From Eledone cirrhosa (taxonomy: Eukaryota), in NCBI GenBank assembly GCA_964016885.1, contig OZ024745.1:35154001-35218000 (forward strand): a stretch of DNA of 64,000 nucleotides, written 5' to 3'. A program made the translations under genes and the position numbers. Under the pieces are notes generated by a model. It was given only the letters and a program-made list of their open reading frames with translations. It did no database searches and had not been told where the DNA came from. Below, piece by piece: positions 54,299 to 64,000 of this stretch (position 1 is the first letter of the stretch; every line of letters starts with the position of its first letter).

Positions 54299-56640
54299 TA
54301 GGCATATTCCTAAAGTACATTTTTGTTAAAAAAATAAATGAGCATGCAATTTTCAGATGACCTTTTACTAGAAAATACTTGTGAGCATGTTAAAAAATAT
54401 TAGAATTTTAAAAAACTCTTGCACAAGGTAGATTCTTTAACATTGATTAACTAATACAGAATTGCATATACAATATAAGTGTGTATGTAATAAAAATATA
54501 GTGTGCAATTTAACAGTTTATAAAATATAGCATTCTTCTTCAAATTGTTTAATTAATCAACTTTATTGTTTGTTCATCACTTATTTGTCAGTTTAATCTG
54601 TTCATAAAATTCATAAAATACATAAATAGAATAAATTAAAATTTGCGAGGTATATTTATTAATATATTTTAATATTTATATTTATATTATATTAATATTA
54701 TAAATTTCAGATGTATAAAAATCCAGTTGCTAAAGAGGAAAGTAAAAAGATTTGGGCACAAAATATTTGTCATTTTGAGAAGAGAAAGAAATCTAGGAAA
54801 ACGAAAATTCAAAGTTCATTAATCGAATTATGCAAGCTACCTACTGATAGATATATCACTCTTGCTGCTGAAGAGAAAATACCAAAAAAAGAATTAAGAT
54901 AATTACTGGAGAATGTGAAAGTTTATGGGAAAAGTTCAGCTTTCCAACTATCAACAAACTTTCAATACCTCGAAAAATTGAAAAAATAATAAAAAAAAAA
55001 TAAAAAGAAGTGAAAAGACCTGGCTCTGCGAATTTCAATAATCTGTTTGACATTACAAAAAAATATGGGATATGGTTAGCAGCCGAAGATTTGTCATTTT
55101 ATGAAAAGCAAGTTGAGAGTTGTGGAAAGGTTGGGTATACTACAATGAAAATAGACAGTGAAAAGAAAATCCATCCTTCTAAGAGAATTAAAAACAAAAA
55201 ACAAGAACTAGATAAGCCATCCTGCTCATAAATTCATCTGGACTCAAATGAAAGTTACAGTAACACCGATACAAATACCAGCGATTACAAACCTTCACCT
55301 TCACCTTCACCAGAAAAAAAACGAAAAAGAGAAAACACAGCTCATGCTGTTAACCTAGTAAGAAATACTAAATTACCTAGTAGAAAAGCAGCAGCAGTGG
55401 TGGTATTAAGGTGAGTATCCCGAGTCAGTCGGCAGTGCACAAAGCAGTTATCAGAGAAGGTGAGAAACTCATGGAAAAGTGGAAAAATGAACTCAAAAGG
55501 GAAAAATTGAGCCTTCATTTTGATGGAAAACGAATGAGAGACGTAGAATATCAGGTTGTAGTGATAAAAAGTGATGAGAAAGAAATACGCCTGAGGCCGA
55601 TGGCATTAACCGATTGAAAGGCTCTTGCTATATTTAATGGATTGAAAGAAGTTATTGACAAATATGAACTGTGGGAATCTATCGTGATGATAATCTCCGA
55701 CACAACTAGTGTCAATACCGGCAAAAAGGCAGGAGTTGTTGCCATGCTGAACAGTGAGTTCGCGCGTCGCGGTTACAGCAAGCCATTATATGTTGGATGC
55801 CAGCACCACATTTTAGACCGTGCATTGAAAGTTTATTTTAATCAACTATATAGTAGCAAAACAACTTCGCCATATATCAGTTATTACTTTGTTGAGGCCA
55901 TTTTAAAGAACTACGCCGAACTGAAGCAGAACTTTTCAAATGGAACGACGGAAATTAATGAAACCCCGACGCGCTGGAGAAGTGACATGGATTTCCTTCA
56001 GTATCTCATGATAGCCGTGCAACATTTCTTTGAAAACGGTGCGTTTCCTAAAATAAATTTTAAGAAATAACCTAATTTGCACAATGCTCGTTGGAATAGC
56101 CGAACAATTTATTTGTTGCTTAGGTTTATTTTGATGCCCGATGAACGAGCGAAGCTGCGCGCTGGTGCCGAATACATCTGCGGAATGTGGGGAAAAATGT
56201 GGTTCTCAAGTCAACTGCATAGAGCTGACAGCAAGCAGAAACTTATTGACCAACTAATTAAGGCCAAGTGTGAAAAGGCTGCAAACACCGTCAGAAAATT
56301 TTGGTCTAATGAAGAATCTCCAATTGTGACGCAACACTCGAACATTTGCGCTTAGCGAGCTGTAAAAGTTGTGCAGGACCTTTTGCCATTTTGTAAAACC
56401 TTAGAGATTAAATTTTGTTTAACTAATAATTAAAATAAATTTTTTATTGTCATAATTTATTGTTTTAGGTATTTATTTTATGGGACTGGCTACTTACAAA
56501 AAAAATTAAAAATATAATTTAGTATGATGAAGAATTTTTTTCAAACTTTACAGAACAACTACTGTAATTCTTTCTTTATGATAAAAACCTCATTAGAAAA
56601 TAGCATGCTCATATGGGGTTGTAAAAAACTCATATGCCTA
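54299..56640 (+). mobile_element. Decayed DDE DNA transposon, hAT-like (hATm-type termini)
   Basis: TIR TAGGCATAT...ATATGCCTA plus subterminal atgagcatgc.attttc; flanking direct repeat atgtatatatgt within a microsatellite; transposase motifs LHFDGK, SDTTSVNTG, CQHHILD, ARW; several stops. Confidence 0.8.
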
Positions 56641-56823
56641 ATGTATATATGTATGTATGTAGTAAATTGTGATGAACTCGTACATGGATCTTGAGAATTT
56701 TACCCGTCCTAGACGTATATATATATATATATATATAATGCAACCATTACTGTTATATATAACAGTAATGGTTGCATTCTTTAAGGGTATCTCAATATCT
56801 ATTTATAAAACTGCTCTATATTA

Positions 56824-56888
56824 TATTTTATCTGATGAAAGCACACCATAATTTAACTTGGTGTCCTTGAAATATGTATAATGAAATA
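56824..56888 (+). ncRNA. Type I hammerhead ribozyme, canonical
   Basis: tattttat CTGATGA aagcacacca..tggtgtcctt GAAA tatgta TA atgaaata; stems I and III resemble 35597-35658. Confidence 0.75.
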
Positions 56889-56927
56889 AATATGGTTTTA
56901 TAAATATAGTTTCCATTTGACAATATC

Positions 56928-57019
<92 letters not shown>

Positions 57020-59399
57020 TTGCCTTCAAAGTATAATTATGTTTCAGATATGTTTACAAAATTTTGTTTTGCCCGCTGTTTCCATTTCTACATAATTAAT
57101 TATGTTTACTTGTTTTCAACCTCAATTCCCTTCAACGAAACATAGTCTCAATGTAAACGCCGAAAGGACGTAATTAGCTCAAAATATTACAGTTGCGTGA
57201 CTTGATATATATTCAGTATTTTGACCCAATTTAATTCAGCTATATTAAATATTATGTACGCTTATAAATATATAGATTCTATTTAATCAAACACAAACAT
57301 ATAACCTTACAAATATGGTTTTATGTATCGAAGTAAATACATTTGATCTTTAGTATTTGATGAATATATTTTGAATTAAGAAAGGAACAAATTATTCCCG
57401 TTAATTCATTTCTAAAATACACAAATAATCAATATTTAAGAGCAGAGATAACATAAATTACAGTAAATGAAATAATTACAAGGTATTTATATAATATATT
57501 ATAATAAAGTAGTGCATATAATGCTAATTGTGAAGATGTGTGTACGACAATAAGGTAGTATTTTCGATGAGAAGGGAGCCTTGCATGCATGGGCGACTGT
57601 TACTCTTACACAAAACAGCTAGCCCGGGCTTACGCCTAGAAGAGGAACTCATCGAATGTAAACCCATGGTCAACCGTGACCGAAAGTGACTTACACACTT
57701 CTGTTAACTACAATATCTGCTTGCATTTCTATTTCTGAGAAAACGAAGACTTTATAAATCTCAACAGCTATAGTTCGGTTATAAAAATAGATCGACAGGT
57801 AATAGAAAGCAATATAGTAAAAGTAGTTGTCTATTATAATGTCATAGATTTTACAGGTGTGACAAGAATTGGAATGCAAGTATATATTGTAAAAGAAAAA
57901 GATAGTGATTTACCAACACCATAGAGAAATGGTTCCAAGGAAATGTAGGTCGTGGATAATGTTGATATGCTTTTGTTGCACAATTTGGCATCAATAATTC
58001 TATCGTAATTCCATTTCACTAAATTGATTATCATTACATCAATTTACCGTTGTTCTTACGACATATATCAATATTATAACATTTTACATTTAGTTTCTCT
58101 TTCCCTCCCCATCTAACCCACCAATACTCATAAATAGAGTTAGTTGCAACATAATGCCAAGGAATCAATCGGAGCCAAGATATGTTTATAGCTTATAGTA
58201 TTAGAATTATATCGTATATTATTAGGTATACATTCACCTCGGAAATTAACGTAGATGGTTGCTATACTAATTCACGTCGTAAATGTCAGATTATAATAAC
58301 ACTAATCTATGGAGGTGATGAACATGGCTTTAAATATTGAACGAAATGCAAAGCTAAGGATGTAATTGATATATAGATAAAATGAGATGTCCATGTTTGT
58401 TTACGCTTTGATATTTACATACAGTGGTCTGTATCGAATATATATTGAATAATTATTTAATTCTTTTATTAGTGGAATCATCAAACGTCATTTGGTATGG
58501 CAATCCTATACGTTCTGAATACGATGTATGTTTTTAAACTAGGGATACAATTATGCTATGACAAAATATCTAAATATTTTGATTTTAATGTTTTCAAATA
58601 TTATTTTACCCAAGTACAAAAACAGTTTTGCTCACCCGTAATTTTGCTCACCCGTACCTTTAGAAAGCGAATGCTTGCATCATCGCCCCCTCATGCTAAA
58701 CTTTTGCTGTAAGCAACATTGTACAAATGCAAAACACCCCAAATGCCCTTGAAAATAATATTATAATACATATGTATAGTCTGTTGAAAGTTTCACTATA
58801 GTCATGAAAATATATATGCGCTTATCACTAAGAGAATTTGATGCAGTAAGATATATATAGTTTAAACAATTATTTAACTCCTTACGTGCTGAGATTTCAG
58901 CACAACGTTTATTTCTGTTTTAAGTCTATTTCATTACGCCCCACATCTCTCAGTAAAAATATAAACGTCAGAAAACATGGTGTTTGTGCTTTGTCATTTG
59001 TCAACATAACATATTTTAGTAGTCATTGCTATTTAGCCTTAGGTTAGACTAAAAAAATAACAATTAATGGCTTGCGCCGAAGAAGATGTGCATATGAGCA
59101 TCACATACCAGTTCAATTGCCACTGATCAAACATTTGTGACCACACAGAGGCAGCCTTGTTCACTCGCTCCACTCAATGCAATTTAATTTGCTTTTCACC
59201 AACCACTGACAATATTCTCGTCAAAGTGTGACGGAAAATAGCTTTTATTTACATTAAAACAATTCATTTACTCGTTGAACCTTACTTTCGAAGGGCAGCA
59301 GATCGACTTTTACCCTTTTTTTCATTAATAATATGACAAACAAGTTACACCCCCCCATACACATATATACCACTGCTCTAACTGGTTATATCTATATAT

Positions 59400-60532
<1,133 letters not shown>

Positions 60533-60551
60533 ATATATATATACATACATT

Positions 60552-60628
<77 letters not shown>

Positions 60629-60686
60629 TCTCAATATCACAGATTCAAAAAGACACAGAACAATAAAAGACGGTTAAATTACTTAC

Positions 60687-60782
60687 CATTGCAAATATAG
60701 CTATAGCTACGATTCCATGAGGGGAGGCAAGAGCAGATGTATAGTTATCATATAAGTCTGTATTGTATGCAATCAGATGAAT
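60687..60782 (-). CDS. Carbonic anhydrase-related protein (CA10/CA11-like), internal exon A
   Basis: Hand translation [32 protein letters not shown]; 96 nt, AG acceptor and GTAAGT donor, phase 0/0; matches the alpha-CA (E)xHLvhyN...GlavlavF segment. Confidence 0.85.
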
Positions 60783-61019
60783 CTGTAAGATATACAAGGT
60801 ATATATTTCAAGAGAGGAATAGACATTCTATTTTGATTGTTATTCTTAGCATTCTCAGTCCCTACAAAATATACGGCATCACTCAGTTATTTTCTTGAAA
60901 AGCAATTTTTTATAATAAATTCCATACACCAACCCGCTTCTAATAAATAATGATTTCTACTATAGGCAAAACGTCAGCAATTTGGAGGGAGGGGAAGATC
61001 GATTAACCCTACTTCAGTT

Positions 61020-61170
61020 GCATTACTGGTACTTTATTTTATCGACCCCGGAAGGATGAAAGGCAAAGTTAATCTCGGCGGGATTTGAACTCAGACTGCA
61101 AAGGTGCCTAACTCTATGATGCAAAGCATGGTGGCCGATCCTCTACCGATACTGCCAATCTAGCGCCCTA
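61020..61170 (-). mobile_element. tRNA-derived SINE (same family as 20962-21142)
   Basis: Reverse complement of the A/B-box head and ctttgcctttcatccttccggggtcgataaaataaagtaccag; more decayed copies near 31995-32110, 41960-42070 and 61670-61800. Confidence 0.78.
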
Positions 61171-61914
61171 CTTCTTATAAATAATATACTATTGCAGCTG
61201 TTAATTTCTATTGATTATGACTTAATAGTAGCTACCATGTTTTCGGTAAGGACTTTCGGTATTCATACGTTGTGAACAGTTACAGATACCTTCTTGACTC
61301 TCCGTTCACCATTTGATCAAGTGAAACATGCAAGATATCACACTGCATTTTGTTCATGAAATTCATAGATTTCGCTCTGAACTAAACCAGTTTGGAACAA
61401 TGCGTTGGTTTTGAAGCAACTTATTCTACTATAACTGAAAACCAAATTACATGATTACCACGTCATCGAACCTTAACTCTTGATGGAATCTTACGGGTGG
61501 TATAGCGACAGTGTCTTCAGCAATTTTAAAAACTGTCAGAGTCTAACAACTTCGACGTCAACCCAATCGATTTCTTTCAAAGAGTGAGTGAGTGTGTGTG
61601 TGTGTTTGTGTGTGAGTGAGAGAGAATGAGAGAGAGAAAAAACAAACAGAGAAAGGAAGAATCGATATCAGTACTAGACTGGTATCTTATTGATTTTATA
61701 AATAAATATTTTCTCGATAAGATTTGAACTCAGTGCGCTGAGAACTGGAACGAATAGCGTAAAAGATTTCTATCCGACCTTCTGACCACTCTGCCAATTC
61801 ACTGTTTATATGTTACATGATTAAGAAATGTAATGACACTTATTTAAAGCGCTAGACGTTAGATAATAAATAATTCAACGACTAACTGTTAATTATATAA
61901 AAAGATTCTGACAA

Positions 61915-62355
61915 GTCGCGCTTCCACACTGACATCGGAGAGAGCCTTCATGGAGCGGGTTTCACATCATAACTAGTGCCTACCGGCTTCGACCAGAGTA
62001 TCAGTAAGTGCCAAATCAGGATAACTCTTTTCGTGTTAGAAGGGTGGACTAAATCTGGGACGTCATGTGTTGCAACACGTTCACCGCTTCCAAATTTATC
62101 GTTTTGGCCGAAACTTCGAGTACTAAATCTCGTAACTCAGAGGAGCTCAAGATCCAAATACCACGACTTCACCAGCCGCTTTTCTTTCGTGCCGGTCACC
62201 GTCGATACTCTCGATATTCCCAGTCCATGGGCTACCGTTTTCCTCCACAAAATTGGGAGTAGGGAATTCCGTCTGAGGAGGGAGCCCTGTGAGGTGTCAA
62301 TGGCTGATCTTTGTGGCAATGATTCAGGTATCTTATCCGTGGGATGCAGTTAAAA
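61915..62355 (+). mobile_element. CRE-clade-like non-LTR retrotransposon RLE remnant
   Basis: PTGFDQS..ITLF..WDVMCCNTF..EELK.SKYHD..FSFVPVTVDTL resembles the EPxGL..RPDG..WDVT..K.KY..F.P.AVETLG RLE. Confidence 0.65.
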
Positions 62356-62866
62356 GATACATTCTAAACAGATGTGAAGTATCTTGCCCTCAATCATCCT
62401 TTCCGTTTATATTTCAGTATTTAATTTTTTCCCTCTTCTTGTTTATTATGCAAAACATTCATACGAATAAAATTTGTTTATACTGTTTCAATGGTGGTTT
62501 TCTGTAAGCAACAAATACACGTTCCACTGACTCTCGCATATTAGTATATGTGTACAATGTATCTTGTAATATATGATTCTGTATGAAGATCATTATACAA
62601 CCTTCATATACTATTTATTTTACCTTATTATATGATATATTTTACTTCATTCATTTTATTAATCTATTTTTCATTTCGTGTCTATTGTCATATATTCGTC
62701 TAACATAGAGACTTATCAAACTGTCTCAATAAATACCTTTTTGTCCCTTGCCACTATTACTCTGCTTCTGATGTTATATAAACAACATTTTTAGAAGTGG
62801 TTTTTGTTATGATTTTGAAATTCTTCAGATGATCAGCTTTTAACTGTAATGTAGTATCTCATTGAA

Positions 62867-62906
<40 letters not shown>

Positions 62907-63123
62907 CAATTATTAAGGCTAGATACTACAACGGTGCCATACCATGTACGTAGTTTCGTTAACCTTCAAGACCAACTTGTTCAACTTGTGCCTATGAAAA
63001 TGAAATATATATATATATATATATATTCGCACATACTCATGTATATATATATAAATATATATATATACATATATGTGTGTGTGTGTATATATATGTGTAT
63101 ATATGTGTGTGTATATATGTATA

Positions 63124-63218
<95 letters not shown>

Positions 63219-63222
<4 letters not shown>

Positions 63223-63712
63223 ATAATAATAAATTTGAAGACTAAAATCCAAAGAGGGCTCGATAAGGATAAATATATATCAAATATATAAGAACCGTAG
63301 AGCAAATATTTATTAAAATAACAGATTAAAGCTTAAGCAAAGAATCGCTGCTTTCACCTTAACGGGATCTTCTGAAACTAACAAACCCAATCTGTGAACG
63401 CAGAAGTGAATATTTCAAAAAACGTTGCAACCGGAGGAGGACAGGAAGACGATACTTTGGTTCGTGGAAACGTTCCCTGGCAAAGAACGGGAAAAAACGA
63501 ATATAATACGTCATTATTTGGAGCGGTGAAAAACATGCCGTTCTTTGCCAGGGAACGTTTCCACGAACCAAAGTATCGTCTTCCTGTCCACCTCCGGTTG
63601 CAACGTTTTTTGAAATACTCACTTCTGCGTTCACAGATTGACTTTGTTAGTTTCAGAAGATATCCCGTTAAGGGTGAAAGCAGCGATTCTTTGCTTAAAC
63701 TTTAATCTGTTA

Positions 63713-63720
<8 letters not shown>
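63219..63720. mobile_element. CAGAAGA-family palindromic element
   Basis: Arms 63311-63490/63538-63720 around a 47 nt spacer; extra family tail 63219-63310; (TA)n on both sides. Confidence 0.88.
63649..63701 (+). ncRNA. Hammerhead-like motif, U4A core (mirror on minus strand 63330-63379)
   Basis: agttt CAGAAGA t(at)ccc gttaa gggt GAAA gca gcgattctt tgc TT aaact. Confidence 0.55.
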
Positions 63721-63775
<55 letters not shown>

Positions 63776-64000
63776 ATATATATATGTCTGTGTATATATA
63801 TATATATATAAACTTATAAAATTAAGTAACCTAACGGTTTACCAACAGCTTAATAACGGTTAATACAAACCTTAGAAAAGATAATTTACAGATAAAAAAT
63901 GCATAAGATAATATACCTACAATAACAACATGGCCAGTAATTCGGAGGAATTTACATTTAACAAACAAACACCTATTGACTATAAACGACTTAAAATAAT

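Noticed and set aside
63440-63480. caggaaga..ggaaacgtt hammerhead-like text inside the palindrome
   Set aside because: The core deviates at several invariant positions

Overview
AT-rich, microsatellite-laden animal genomic DNA, most consistent with a cephalopod (octopus-like SINEs and repeat landscape; inferred, not verified). The whole window appears to lie inside one minus-strand gene for an alpha-carbonic anhydrase-related protein (CA10/CA11-like). Six phase-compatible exons were read by hand (60782-60687, 48032-47966, 42341-42187, 29067-28942, 23142-23103, 832-699); the 5' exons lie beyond the window. The introns contain two different R4/Dong-type RLE LINEs in (TAA)n, a second RLE family in (CATA)n, Tx1, RTE and CRE fragments, a near-intact Penelope-like element (PLE), a hAT-like and a Tc1/mariner relic, and SINEs. 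The main unexplained signal is a dense set of about 20 type I hammerhead-ribozyme-like motifs in small non-coding elements inserted in (TA)n. These include ~440-470 bp partial tandem (about 1.3-1.5-mer) retrozyme-like units with an upstream octamer, and fold-back palindromes. Several families carry fixed non-canonical cores (CCGANGA, CAGAAGA, UUGAAAA). All folds were made by eye; no searches or folding programs were run.
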